A DNA stretch of 64,000 bases from an uncultured Oscillospiraceae bacterium (GTDB taxonomy: Bacteria > Bacillota > Clostridia > Oscillospirales > Acutalibacteraceae), in the NCBI GenBank assembly GCA_900541905.1, contig UQLQ01000001.1:19759-83758 (forward strand). Direction: 5' to 3'. The notes beneath the pieces were generated by a model. The model did not search any database. It saw only the letters and a program-made list of their open reading frames with translations, and was not told the origin of the DNA. How positions within the stretch are numbered: the stretch's first letter is position 1; each line of letters starts with the position of its first letter. The position numbers and the translations under genes were made by a program. Positions 27,968 to 37,818 of this stretch are shown here, piece by piece.

Positions 27968-28988
27968 ATGTAACCCTCCAGTCTTGCAGTGCCGCTGCAA
28001 AAGTAACTCCGTTTTTTGATAATTTTGGGACAATCAATGCTCCCTGCTGAGAACCTAAAACACAAGCTCGTTCACAAACATTGTCCACACCTGTGGTTTG
28101 TTTCACAAATACAGAGGAAGCAAATGTTCCTTTTGCACAGGCAAGCTGCTCGGAGGAATAAAATTGAATTGGCAGTTGATACCGTTTGCAAAATTCTAAC
28201 AGTCCGGGCTCGTCTTGTTTTAAGTCAATAGAACATACTTGCTTTATGCTGTGTAGAGAAATTCCTTCCTGCCGTAAACAGTCTAATACAAATGCTTCAA
28301 TGGTGTCTGCGCAAGTACCGCGTTTGCAGCCAATGCCGATTGATACCAGCTTGGGAATCAAGTGCAGAGTTTGCTGAAATGGAGAGGAATCTTCATATAC
28401 GGAAATCATTGCTCCCACAGGTGCAGAATCTGCTGTAAATCCTTTGGGTAATTGCGGCAAAACAAACCAATCGGCAGTCATTCCCACAGGTTCTCCTCGT
28501 AACAATCGTGCGGAAATTTCTTTTGCAATCTTCATGTTGCTGATGAAAAGGTTATGGCGGGAAGCCCAACTGTCAATGGAAAATAAGTCGTTTATGTCTG
28601 TAGCAGTGGTAATGACAGGGGTGGCGTGTATTGCGTGAGCTACGGACAGCGTTAATTCATTGGCCTTTCCAATGTGACCTGAAACCAGAGAAATGGCAAA
28701 CTGCCCTTTTTCATCTGCTACCACAACAGCGGGGTCGGTGGTTTTACTTTTTAAATTAGGTGCAATGGCACGTACGGCAATGCCGCAGGCACTGATAAAC
28801 ACAATGCCGTCATAGTTTGAAAATGCATTGCCTGTCCATGTGTTTAAGTCAGTTCCATAAGAGGAGACAGTTTCATCTGCCAGCTTATTTGTGGTAAAAA
28901 GCATGCAGGAATCTTGAACAAGCGCCTTAGATAAGCGAATGCTCAAATCTTTTCCTGCCGCGGTAAAACTGATGATTGCCAGCTTCAT
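27957..28988 (-). CDS. cbiG: Cobalt-precorrin 5A hydrolase
   Basis: 343 aa, collinear with CbiG. Confidence 0.85.
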   Translation of the reverse strand: MKLAIISFTAAGKDLSIRLSKALVQDSCMLFTTNKLADETVSSYGTDLNTWTGNAFSNYDGIVFISACGIAVRAIAPNLKSKTTDPAVVVADEKGQFAISLVSGHIGKANELTLSVAHAIHATPVITTATDINDLFSIDSWASRHNLFISNMKIAKEISARLLRGEPVGMTADWFVLPQLPKGFTADSAPVGAMISVYEDSSPFQQTLHLIPKLVSIGIGCKRGTCADTIEAFVLDCLRQEGISLHSIKQVCSIDLKQDEPGLLEFCKRYQLPIQFYSSEQLACAKGTFASSVFVKQTTGVDNVCERACVLGSQQGALIVPKLSKNGVTFAAALQDWRVTFES

Positions 28989-29008
28989 AAAATATCACCT
29001 CTTGTTTG

Positions 29009-29770
29009 TTAAGATTCAGAAGTTCCTTTGCGGAATTCATGGGTAAATGACGGATGATACAGCAAAGAACGGTCATATTCATTTCCCAAACAGTTTCCTA
29101 CAATAATTAAAGCTGTTTTTGTAATATTATGTTCTTTGGCTGTTTGCGCTAAAGTTGCAACGGTACAATGGAAAACTTTTTCATCTTCCCAAGTTGCCTT
29201 ATATACAATTGCCGCAGAGGTATTGGTCTGATAACCGCCTGTCAAAAGACGTTGGCTTAATTGTTCCAGCATACCTGTGCTTAAAAAGATGACCATAGTG
29301 GCCTGATGAGCTGCAAGCAATGCAATTTCTTCTTTTTCGGGTACGGGAGTTCTTCCTGCCATGCGTGTAATGATGACAGACTGGGATACATTCGGCAAAG
29401 TATACTCTGCCTTTAGCGCCGCAGCTGCACCGCAGAACGAACTGACGCCGGGAACAACGTCGTACGTAATGTTGTATGCATCCAATTGGTCCATTTGCTC
29501 CCTGATAGCGCCGTATAAACTGGGGTCTCCCGTATGAAGGCGTACTGTCAATTGATTTTTTTCTTCTGCCTGTTTCATTACGTCTATGACTTCTTCCAGT
29601 GTCATGGAAGCGCTGTTGTAGATGCTGCATGATGCTTTGGCGTACTGCAATAATTCAGGATTGACCAAAGAACCTGCATAGATAATCACATCAGCTTGTG
29701 TTAACAGCTGATGACCTCGCATGGTAATTAAATCTGCTGCGCCAGGTCCTGCGCCAACAAAATGAATCAT
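29009..29770 (-). CDS. cbiF: Cobalt-precorrin-4 C11-methyltransferase
   Basis: 253 aa with MIHFVGAGPGAADLIT, collinear with CbiF/CobM. Confidence 0.88.
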   Translation of the reverse strand: MIHFVGAGPGAADLITMRGHQLLTQADVIIYAGSLVNPELLQYAKASCSIYNSASMTLEEVIDVMKQAEEKNQLTVRLHTGDPSLYGAIREQMDQLDAYNITYDVVPGVSSFCGAAAALKAEYTLPNVSQSVIITRMAGRTPVPEKEEIALLAAHQATMVIFLSTGMLEQLSQRLLTGGYQTNTSAAIVYKATWEDEKVFHCTVATLAQTAKEHNITKTALIIVGNCLGNEYDRSLLYHPSFTHEFRKGTSES

Positions 29771-30468
29771 TGCTTGTCCTCCTCTTTGCAGACAATAATG
29801 GAAAAATAACTTGCTTCATTTGTGGCCTCATCTAAAGACTGAAATATGTGTTCCTGTTCCAACCCACAATTTTGCACCATTTTTGCATTATCGTAATAAC
29901 CGTATTGTTTCAAAAGCTTTTTTACTTGTTCCACAGAACGACCCGTTTTCATAATAACCTTGGTACCTTCTGTTTGCAGCATTTGTTCCGTACATGGGTA
30001 AGAACCGGGAATGATGTGCAGCGGTTGTTCTGCTTCAGAGAGGCTGATACCCAATTTTGCGGCTACAGCACAAAAGGAAGGAACACCGGCAATCATTTGT
30101 GCCTGATATCCTTGTTTTACAACGCGCTGATGAATGTACCAATAGGTAGAATAAACGGAAGGGTCGCCCAATGTTAAAAAGGCAATGTCTTTTCCTTCTT
30201 TTAAAATGTCAATGATTTGTTTGGCAATCTCGTCACGATTGGTATCAATCATACCTTTATCTTTTGTCATTGGAAAGTGCAAGGACAGCACTTCTTTTTC
30301 ATGGATATGCGGTATGGTTTGTTCCGCAATGCTCAGCGCCACGCGGCGGGATTCTCCCGTTTTTGGTACTGCAATCACAGGACTTTGCTCTATGATTCTG
30401 ACTGCTTTCAGTGTAATCAATTCCGGGTCGCCCGGACCAATGCCTACGCCGTATAAAGTTCCGTTCAT
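29767..30468 (-). CDS. cbiL: Cobalt-precorrin-2 C20-methyltransferase
   Basis: 233 aa with LYGVGIGPGDPELIT, collinear with CbiL/CobI. Confidence 0.85.
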   Translation of the reverse strand: MNGTLYGVGIGPGDPELITLKAVRIIEQSPVIAVPKTGESRRVALSIAEQTIPHIHEKEVLSLHFPMTKDKGMIDTNRDEIAKQIIDILKEGKDIAFLTLGDPSVYSTYWYIHQRVVKQGYQAQMIAGVPSFCAVAAKLGISLSEAEQPLHIIPGSYPCTEQMLQTEGTKVIMKTGRSVEQVKKLLKQYGYYDNAKMVQNCGLEQEHIFQSLDEATNEASYFSIIVCKEEDKQ

Positions 30469-30473
30469 ACATT

Positions 30474-31613
30474 TTACTCCTTTGTTTGTATATCATGGGT
30501 ACATATTTCCTGCACTTGCGACGTTTCTCCCAAGTAACCATGCTGATTGGAAAAAAGAATCGCACCTATTTTCACTTGCTCACCCACGCGATGAGTCAAA
30601 TGCATATCAATTTTTTCTAATACGGAAGTCATTACCTGTTTTGTTAGATACCGTTCTTCGAGTAAGTCTAATACTTGGTCCGTGGTGACACAAGTCATAA
30701 TGTTGTGTATCAACCGGCAATCTGCACAGTACATTGCCGTATGAGCCGCAAACAATTCCATACGGCAGTCTGCCATGTTGGAATGGGTATTCATAATTCC
30801 GCCTGCCAGTTTAATGAATTTTCCGATATGCCCGATGAGTAAAATACGTTTAAACCCCAGCTCAACTGCTTTGTCCAAGGTTTGTCCAATATAATTGCTG
30901 CATTTGATACTGCGGCTTAAATTCAAATTGGTGTTCTCCCGTACAAAATGTTCGCCATAATTTCCGGGAGTAATCAAAAGTATTTTTTCTGTGTTGTTGG
31001 CGGCAAGCATATTCAGTTCAATATAAATAGATTCGATTAATGCTTGTTCGCTCATCGGTTCTACAATTCCGCTGGTTCCCAAAACAGAAATACCGCCTTC
31101 AATGCCCAACTTGGGATTAAACGTTTTTTGTGCCAGTTCTACGCCTTTTGGAATGGATATGGTTACACAAAAACCGCCGGCATAATCATAGTCTTCTTTG
31201 ATTTGATCCAATTCCTGTTTTATCATTTGGCGCGGAACGCGGTTAATGGCGGCCTCACCTATAGGCTGTTCCAACCCTGCTTTTGTAACAGTGCCCACTC
31301 CAATGCCGCCTTTTAAAGAAATAGTCGGTTCTGTTTGTTTTTCAACGGTTGCGTATACAAGTACGCCGTTGGTAACATCAGGGTCATCACCGCTGTCTTT
31401 TTTTACTGCACATGTTACACTGCTTGGTGTAATTTGCACATCGTGCAAGTCCAAATGCAGTAAAATGCCTTTTGGCGTCATTAAGTCTATCTTCTTGAAA
31501 GGAGACTGACACAGCAGCATCACAGCGGCAGCCTTTGCAGCTGCCGCAGCACAGGATCCTGTTGTGTATCCACAGCGCAGTTTTTGTTTGTTTTTATATA
31601 CGTAATGCTCCAT
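30474..31613 (-). CDS. cbiD: Cobalt-precorrin-5B C1-methyltransferase
   Basis: 379 aa with the CbiD signature LRCGYTTGSCAAAAAKAA. Confidence 0.9.
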   Translation of the reverse strand: MEHYVYKNKQKLRCGYTTGSCAAAAAKAAAVMLLCQSPFKKIDLMTPKGILLHLDLHDVQITPSSVTCAVKKDSGDDPDVTNGVLVYATVEKQTEPTISLKGGIGVGTVTKAGLEQPIGEAAINRVPRQMIKQELDQIKEDYDYAGGFCVTISIPKGVELAQKTFNPKLGIEGGISVLGTSGIVEPMSEQALIESIYIELNMLAANNTEKILLITPGNYGEHFVRENTNLNLSRSIKCSNYIGQTLDKAVELGFKRILLIGHIGKFIKLAGGIMNTHSNMADCRMELFAAHTAMYCADCRLIHNIMTCVTTDQVLDLLEERYLTKQVMTSVLEKIDMHLTHRVGEQVKIGAILFSNQHGYLGETSQVQEICTHDIQTKE

Positions 31614-31639
31614 GCCGTAACTCCTTTTTTAAAGTAAAA

Positions 31640-31835
31640 ACAAAATGTCATTTTCTTGATACAGAAAATGACATGCAAAAGAAAACTTGAGTGTGCTCAA
31701 GTTTTGTCTTGCATTTCAGTGCCGTAAAATACAAGCAACAGGTCGGTAATCCGGCTGTTACGGTAACGTACTTGCGCGGGATTTTCGCCCAACTTCCCCG
31801 AGAGTTCCTGTTTACAGTATGAAATTGTCTTTTGA
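31640..31835 (-). ncRNA. Cobalamin (adenosylcobalamin) riboswitch with a terminator-type expression platform
   Basis: The minus-strand sequence contains GGGAAGTTGGGCGAAAATCCCGCGCAAG, a core close to the GGGAA..GGTGAAAATCC..GC consensus, and the B12-box-like GGCACTG. Two hairpin plus U-tract terminators follow (plus-strand coordinates 31682-31705 and 31646-31673), then an AAGGAG RBS and the cbiD ATG. Confidence 0.75.
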
Positions 31836-32612
31836 AACGGTTTCCGCTTTGTCCAGATGGGAAGCAAACAATTGTCCCGTCTCAGGGAAAGAGCCCAGAC
31901 CGTCAAGCTGTACCGTAACTTGAAATCCTTCGCTTTCCAAAATGGATTTCCAAGAATTTGGTTCCTCTCCTGCCATGTCGTTTTGTGCGTGGTCGCCTGC
32001 AACAATCATAAATGGCATTAAATGTACACAGGTAATGTTATGTTTTTTTAATCTGCCAATGATATAGTCAAGATTTGGAAATCCTTCTACCGTACCTACA
32101 TAAACATGCTCGTGCCCCAATGCACGAAAGGTATTTTCCAGCTGACAATAGGAGGCGTTTGCGTAATGTGCGGTTCCATGTCCCATAAATACCAAAGCTG
32201 TTTCTTCTTTCGGAGCAGGTGCGTATTTCATCACAATATCGCAGCATGTTTTATAATCATCTTCAAAGGTAAGTAACGGACGGCCAATTTGAATTTTGTC
32301 AAATTTGTCTGTAAATGCGGATAAGGCTTGATACATTTTTTCAAATTCAAACCCATTGATGATATGAAGCGGTTGGCAGAGAACCTCTTTATATCCCTTT
32401 TGATACAATTGTTCCATCAATTCTTCGGGAGTAAGTACGTATTGTCCTTGCTCTCGTTTTAATTTTGCAATTACCATTTTAGAGGTAAATGCACGGAAAC
32501 AATCATATTCTTTTGCATGACAGGACAGCGTAGATTCGATTTGCATAATTGCGTCCTGTGCCAGCGTATATGTGGTGCCAAAACTGATGACAGCCAAAGC
32601 TTTTTGATTCAT
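31812..32612 (-). CDS. cbiK: Sirohydrochlorin cobaltochelatase (anaerobic)
   Basis: 266 aa, CbiK/CbiX-long family. Confidence 0.85.
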   Translation of the reverse strand: MNQKALAVISFGTTYTLAQDAIMQIESTLSCHAKEYDCFRAFTSKMVIAKLKREQGQYVLTPEELMEQLYQKGYKEVLCQPLHIINGFEFEKMYQALSAFTDKFDKIQIGRPLLTFEDDYKTCCDIVMKYAPAPKEETALVFMGHGTAHYANASYCQLENTFRALGHEHVYVGTVEGFPNLDYIIGRLKKHNITCVHLMPFMIVAGDHAQNDMAGEEPNSWKSILESEGFQVTVQLDGLGSFPETGQLFASHLDKAETVSKDNFIL

Positions 32613-32737
32613 AACAGATTCCTTTTGATAGTTCAGTTTGATTCACATGTATGTGTATTCATTATTATACATGACCATAGGGAAAGTATCAAATATATTT
32701 TCCTACTTTTTTTTGTACGGATTTTTATTGGTTCTAT

Positions 32738-32766
32738 TTGATTTTTAACCTGTAACGCAGTATAAT
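32738..32766 (+). promoter_or_regulatory. Sigma-A promoter of the aro operon (TTGATT-17-TATAAT)
   Basis: -35 at 32738-32743 and a perfect -10 at 32761-32766, about 50 nt upstream of aroB. Confidence 0.55.
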
Positions 32767-32817
32767 AAAAATAATTCTCAATTTGTAATAAACGATGATT
32801 TCGATATAGAAACAGAC

Positions 32818-33858
32818 ATGTTGGCAGGAGGAACCGTTTTGCAGTTAAGTGTAAATTTAAAAGAAAAAAGTTATGATATTATCATAGAACACGGTGTATT
32901 AAATCGTATTGGAAATTTTGCGGATTTAAATCGAAAAGTGATGATTATCAGCGATACCGGCGTACCTATGGAGTATGTAAATACAGTCATGAAACAGTGT
33001 CCGCAGGGATATTATCATATTGTTCAGCAGGGAGAGGGTGCAAAATCATTTCCTGTTTATGAAGAACTGTGCCGAAAATTACTGGACCTGAACTTTACAA
33101 GAACAGACTGCATTATTGCACTTGGCGGCGGTGTTATTGGAGATTTGGCCGGCTTTGTAGCGTCTACTTATTTGCGCGGCATCGAATTTATCGGTATTCC
33201 TACCACCACTTTGTCCCAAATCGACAGCAGTATTGGCGGGAAAGTGGCCATTAATTTGGAGCATGTAAAAAATATCATTGGTTGTTTTTATCATCCGTCC
33301 GTTGTATTAATTGACCCTGAAACGTTAAAGACATTGCCGAAACGTCATTTTGTAAACGGTTTGGTGGAAGCGGTGAAAGCAGGCCTGATTTACGACGCTT
33401 CCATTTTGGATTTATTTGAGCATGGCAATCCCGAAACGCAGGTGGATGAAATTATTTATCGTTCTCTGCTGGTGAAAAAAGCGGTAGTGGAACAGGATGA
33501 AAAAGAACAGAATTTACGCAAAATACTGAATTTTGGCCATACGTTAGGTCACGGCATTGAAAGCGTATACGGGCTTTCGGAATTACTGCATGGCGAATGC
33601 GTTGCAATCGGTATGATTCCCATGCTGGAGGAGCAAGTACTGAAAGAACGTGTATTGCGTATTTATGATAAATTAGGTTTAAAAAGCGATGTAGCTTATA
33701 ACGCTGATGAAGTATTTGACGTTATGAAAAAAGATAAAAAAGCACAGGGAGATTCTATTACCGTGGTAAAAGTAAAAGAAGCGGGAAAAGCAACCCTGGA
33801 GAAAATTTCAATGGAGCAATTGTATCAATTTTTAAAAGAAATCAAACCACAATCATAG
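32818..33858 (+). CDS. aroB: 3-dehydroquinate synthase
   Basis: 346 aa, AroB family with a GGGVIGDLAGF motif. An alternative TTG start at 32839 is preceded by GGAGGA. Confidence 0.9.
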   Translation: MLAGGTVLQLSVNLKEKSYDIIIEHGVLNRIGNFADLNRKVMIISDTGVPMEYVNTVMKQCPQGYYHIVQQGEGAKSFPVYEELCRKLLDLNFTRTDCIIALGGGVIGDLAGFVASTYLRGIEFIGIPTTTLSQIDSSIGGKVAINLEHVKNIIGCFYHPSVVLIDPETLKTLPKRHFVNGLVEAVKAGLIYDASILDLFEHGNPETQVDEIIYRSLLVKKAVVEQDEKEQNLRKILNFGHTLGHGIESVYGLSELLHGECVAIGMIPMLEEQVLKERVLRIYDKLGLKSDVAYNADEVFDVMKKDKKAQGDSITVVKVKEAGKATLEKISMEQLYQFLKEIKPQS

Positions 33859-33875
33859 AAGGAACGGGGCAGCAC

Positions 33876-35009
33876 ATGAAAAGTACATTTGGAGAACACA
33901 TTCAAATCAGTTTGTTCGGCGAATCTCACGGGGCAGCCATTGGTGTGAATATCAACGGTTTGGCACCGGGCATAAAGCTGGATTTGGATTTTATACGAGC
34001 ACAACTGAATAAACGAAAACCAAAAGGAAAAATTTCCACACAGCGCAAAGAAGCGGACGAATTTGAAATTGTCAGCGGCTTTTTTAACGGCTATACGACA
34101 GGAACTCCATTGTGTATTTTCATTCGTAATCAAAGTCAGCACAGCAAAGATTACGAAGCCATCAAATACCTTATGCGTCCGTCCCATGCCGATTATACAG
34201 CATTTGAAAAATACGGTGGTTTTCAAGATTACCGCGGCGGCGGACACTTTTCAGGAAGAATTACAGCCCCTCTTGTTGCGGCAGGCGCCATTTGTCTGCA
34301 AATTTTAAAACAGAAAGGTATTACAATCGCTACGCACATTGCTTCCTGTAAAGGGGTTGAAGACGAACCGTTTGGTACTACTGAGGAAGCATTGCTCAAA
34401 CAAGCGGATAAGCTAAATGACAGCTATTTCCCAACCATCAGCAGTCAAGTGGAACAAGAAATGGTACAAGTCATTGAACAAGCGCACAGCAACGGCGATT
34501 CCGTAGGAGGTATTTTGGAAACGGCAATTGTCAATATGCCTGCGGGAATTGGGGAACCGTTTTTTGGTTCGATTGAAAGTGTGCTGGCGCATCTTCTGTT
34601 CAGTGTACCTGCTGTAAAAGGTGTGCAGTTCGGTTTGGGGTTTGGCTTTGCTAACTTGTTCGGCAGTCAGGCGAATGACCCGTTTGTGATGAAAGACAAG
34701 GTTTGTACCACAACCAATCATAACGGCGGTATCAACGGCGGTATCAGCAATGGTATGCCCATTATGATAAAAACGGCAGTAAAGCCTACCCCGTCTATCT
34801 ATCAGCCTCAGCAGACGGTTGATATTCAAAAAAGAGAAAATGCGCAGCTGCAAATTCATGGTCGTCATGACCCTGCTATCATTCACCGTGCAAGAGTTGT
34901 GGTAGACAGTATGGTTGCCATTGGATTGGTGGATTTGTTTGCCGACCGTTACGGCTATATGTGGATGGCTCCCAATGAAGATAATAAGGAAAGGAATGAC
35001 GTGTCATGA
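33876..35009 (+). CDS. aroC: Chorismate synthase
   Basis: 377 aa, collinear with AroC. Confidence 0.92.
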   Translation: MKSTFGEHIQISLFGESHGAAIGVNINGLAPGIKLDLDFIRAQLNKRKPKGKISTQRKEADEFEIVSGFFNGYTTGTPLCIFIRNQSQHSKDYEAIKYLMRPSHADYTAFEKYGGFQDYRGGGHFSGRITAPLVAAGAICLQILKQKGITIATHIASCKGVEDEPFGTTEEALLKQADKLNDSYFPTISSQVEQEMVQVIEQAHSNGDSVGGILETAIVNMPAGIGEPFFGSIESVLAHLLFSVPAVKGVQFGLGFGFANLFGSQANDPFVMKDKVCTTTNHNGGINGGISNGMPIMIKTAVKPTPSIYQPQQTVDIQKRENAQLQIHGRHDPAIIHRARVVVDSMVAIGLVDLFADRYGYMWMAPNEDNKERNDVS

Positions 35010-36286
35010 TGGAATATGGCTTAATCGGAGAAAAATTAGGACATAGCTTTTCAAAAATCATTCATGAGAAGCTGGCGGACTATACCTATGAACTTTGTCC
35101 CCTGACCAAAGATGGACTGGATGCTTTTATGACAGCGAAACAGTTTAAAGCCATTAATGTAACCATTCCGTATAAACAAGACGTCATTCCATATTGTGAT
35201 GTGCTGGACGATTCAGCAAAAAGAATCGGGGTTGTCAATACCATTGTAAACAGAGACGGAAAACTCTTTGGCTATAATACGGATTTTGCCGGTTTTTTAT
35301 ATAACCTGAACGCACACGATATTACATTAAAAGAGAAAAAAGTGATGATATGCGGCAGCGGCGGTACTTGTAAAACGGTAACAGCGGTGGCGGAATATAT
35401 GGGAGCAAAAGAAATTTTGGTGGTAAGCCGTTCCAAAAAAGAAAATACCGTTACATATGAAGAATGTATCCGGCACAAAGATGTAGATGTGATTGTAAAT
35501 GCTTCTCCTAAGGGAATGTATCCCAACAATGGGGAAAGTCCGTTGGATTTATCAAATTTTCCAAACTGTAAGGCGGTTGTGGATGTAATCTATAATCCGT
35601 TGAAAACCAGATTGCTGCAGCAGGCGGAACAGCTTGGCATGAAGGCAGTCAATGGTTTGGAGATGTTGGTAGCGCAAGCAAAATTTGCAGTGGAACATTT
35701 TTTGTCGACAGAAATCGAAAATGATAAAATCGGCCAAATTACGCTGGAATTGCTAAAACAGCTAACCAATATTGTGCTAATCGGAATGCCCAGCAGCGGA
35801 AAAACGTTAACAGGAAAAGCACTTTGCAAGTATATTGATAAAACATTTGTAGATACAGACGCTGTGATTGTAGAGCGTTCAGATATGAGCATCAAAGAGA
35901 TGTTTGCCCAACATGGGGAAGCGTATTTTCGCCAATGGGAACATGATGTCATAGAAGAACTCTCCAAACAAAATGGGTTGATTATTGCAACCGGCGGCGG
36001 TGCGATTAAAAATGAAGAAAATATTCAGAATTTAAAGCAAAACGGCGTTGTTATGTTTATTGACAGAGACTTGGAGCATCTGCTTGTAACAGATGACCGT
36101 CCGTTGTCTAAAGATGCAGATGCGGTTGCCAAACTGTATGAAGAACGTTATCCTCTTTATACAAAATACGGAGATTTGAGGGTTCCAAATAATTATCCTA
36201 TGGAGATTTCTCAGCAGGAACTGGACGAACTCATGAATACGATTTTGGGGGGCTACCATGAAATTCTTTGTCATCAATGGGCCTAA
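35006..36286 (+). CDS. aroE-aroK: Bifunctional shikimate dehydrogenase / shikimate kinase (AroE-AroK fusion)
   Basis: The N-terminal roughly 250 aa is AroE. The C-terminal roughly 170 aa has P-loop GMPSSGKTLTGK and the shikimate-kinase fold. Confidence 0.85.
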   Translation: MMEYGLIGEKLGHSFSKIIHEKLADYTYELCPLTKDGLDAFMTAKQFKAINVTIPYKQDVIPYCDVLDDSAKRIGVVNTIVNRDGKLFGYNTDFAGFLYNLNAHDITLKEKKVMICGSGGTCKTVTAVAEYMGAKEILVVSRSKKENTVTYEECIRHKDVDVIVNASPKGMYPNNGESPLDLSNFPNCKAVVDVIYNPLKTRLLQQAEQLGMKAVNGLEMLVAQAKFAVEHFLSTEIENDKIGQITLELLKQLTNIVLIGMPSSGKTLTGKALCKYIDKTFVDTDAVIVERSDMSIKEMFAQHGEAYFRQWEHDVIEELSKQNGLIIATGGGAIKNEENIQNLKQNGVVMFIDRDLEHLLVTDDRPLSKDADAVAKLYEERYPLYTKYGDLRVPNNYPMEISQQELDELMNTILGGYHEILCHQWA

Positions 36287-36698
36287 TTTGAATATGCTCG
36301 GCATTCGTGAGCCGGCTATTTACGGCAAAACTACATACGCAGACTTGGTGCGTTTGGTGGAACAAGCGGCAAAAGAACTGCAGGTAGAAGTGGAAATCTT
36401 GCAAAGCAATCACGAAGGAACGCTTGTAGATGAAATTCAGCGCGCCTATTATGAAGCGGACGGCATTGTCATCAATCCCGCAGCATACACGCATACAAGC
36501 GTTGCTGTTTTAGATGCTCTGAAGGCAGTGGCCTTGCCCGCGGTGGAAGTACATATCTCCAATGTAAAAGAGAGAGAAGAGTTCCGACAGATTTCTTACG
36601 CAGGTCAAGCTTGCTTTCATACCGTTATGGGAGAAGGCATTGAAGGATACCGCATTGCCATGCGGGTATTAAAAGAAAAATTGACTCAGCAGTCATAA
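36258..36698 (+). CDS. aroQ: Type II 3-dehydroquinate dehydratase
   Basis: 146 aa with FVINGPNLNMLG. It overlaps the aroE-aroK 3' end by 29 nt. Confidence 0.9.
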   Translation: MKFFVINGPNLNMLGIREPAIYGKTTYADLVRLVEQAAKELQVEVEILQSNHEGTLVDEIQRAYYEADGIVINPAAYTHTSVAVLDALKAVALPAVEVHISNVKEREEFRQISYAGQACFHTVMGEGIEGYRIAMRVLKEKLTQQS

Positions 36699-36731
36699 CG
36701 ATAGATTCGGCTTTGAAAGGACAGATAGTAT

Positions 36732-37748
36732 ATGATTATTACCATGAAAAAAGATGCTCCTGAGCAGGAAATTAAAAACCTGATGGAGTCTATTGAAGCA
36801 AAAGGCGTTAAAGTCACCATGATTCAAGGTACCAATTACAACGTATTTGGTCTTGTTGGCGATACCACAGTCATTGACGACAGAATGATTACGGCAAATC
36901 CTTACGTAGATAATGTAAAGAGAATTGCCGCACCGTATAAAAAAGCAAACCGTTTGTTCCATCCATTGGATTCCGTGATTGATGTAGACGGTATCAAAGT
37001 GGGAGGAAAAGAAAAAATAGTCGTGATTGGCGGCCCTTGCTCCGTTGAGGGTGAGGAATCCATCATGCGTATTGCAAAAGAAGTAAAAGAGGCAGGCGGC
37101 TGTATGCTGCGCGGTGGTGCGTACAAACCAAGAACTTCTCCATATTCTTTCCAAGGCATGGGGTTAGAAGGATTAAAATGCATGTATAAAGCAAAACAAG
37201 CATACAACATGCCAATTGTCAGTGAATTGATGAGTGAGAAAAAATTGGATGAATTTGAGGAATATGTTGACCTAATTCAAGTTGGTGCTCGCAATATGCA
37301 AAACTTTGACTTGCTTAAAGCTTTGGGCAAAAGCAAAAAGCCTGTTTTGCTAAAACGCGGTCTTGCCAATACCATGGAAGAGTGGATTATGGCGGCAGAA
37401 TACATTATGGCAGGCGGTAACGAAAATGTCATTATGTGTGAACGCGGTATTCGTACCTTTGAAACTTACACCAGAAATACTTTGGATTTAAGCGTAATTC
37501 CGATTATTAAATCCAAAACACACTTGCCAATTATCATTGACCCATCCCACGCAACGGGTGACAGAAAATTGGTGGAATCCATGTCATTGGCAGCAATTGC
37601 TGCGGGTGCGGACGGCTTGATTATCGAAGTGCATGACAATCCTGAATGTGCATGGTCTGACGGCGCACAATCTGTGACTCCCGATGCATTCAAGACTTTA
37701 ATCGAAAAAGGCAAGAAAATTGCAAATGTAATTGGCAGGGATATGTAA
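36732..37748 (+). CDS. aroF: 3-deoxy-7-phosphoheptulonate (DAHP) synthase, type I-beta, with an N-terminal ferredoxin-like regulatory domain
   Basis: 338 aa. A roughly 70 aa N-terminal ACT/FL-like domain precedes a KDO8PS/DAHPS (beta/alpha)8 barrel, similar to the Thermotoga-type enzyme. Confidence 0.85.
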   Translation: MIITMKKDAPEQEIKNLMESIEAKGVKVTMIQGTNYNVFGLVGDTTVIDDRMITANPYVDNVKRIAAPYKKANRLFHPLDSVIDVDGIKVGGKEKIVVIGGPCSVEGEESIMRIAKEVKEAGGCMLRGGAYKPRTSPYSFQGMGLEGLKCMYKAKQAYNMPIVSELMSEKKLDEFEEYVDLIQVGARNMQNFDLLKALGKSKKPVLLKRGLANTMEEWIMAAEYIMAGGNENVIMCERGIRTFETYTRNTLDLSVIPIIKSKTHLPIIIDPSHATGDRKLVESMSLAAIAAGADGLIIEVHDNPECAWSDGAQSVTPDAFKTLIEKGKKIANVIGRDM

Positions 37749-37818
37749 TCCCTTATTCTAAAAAGCTCATTTCACCAAAAAGAAATGAGCTTTTTGATTC
37801 AAACGGAGTGAACGATTC

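Noticed and set aside
32613-32817. A possible second cobalamin riboswitch upstream of cbiK
   Set aside because: Neither strand has a GGGAAG...GAAAATCC core or a B12-box (GCCACTG / CAGTGGC). The region instead contains the plus-strand aro promoter.
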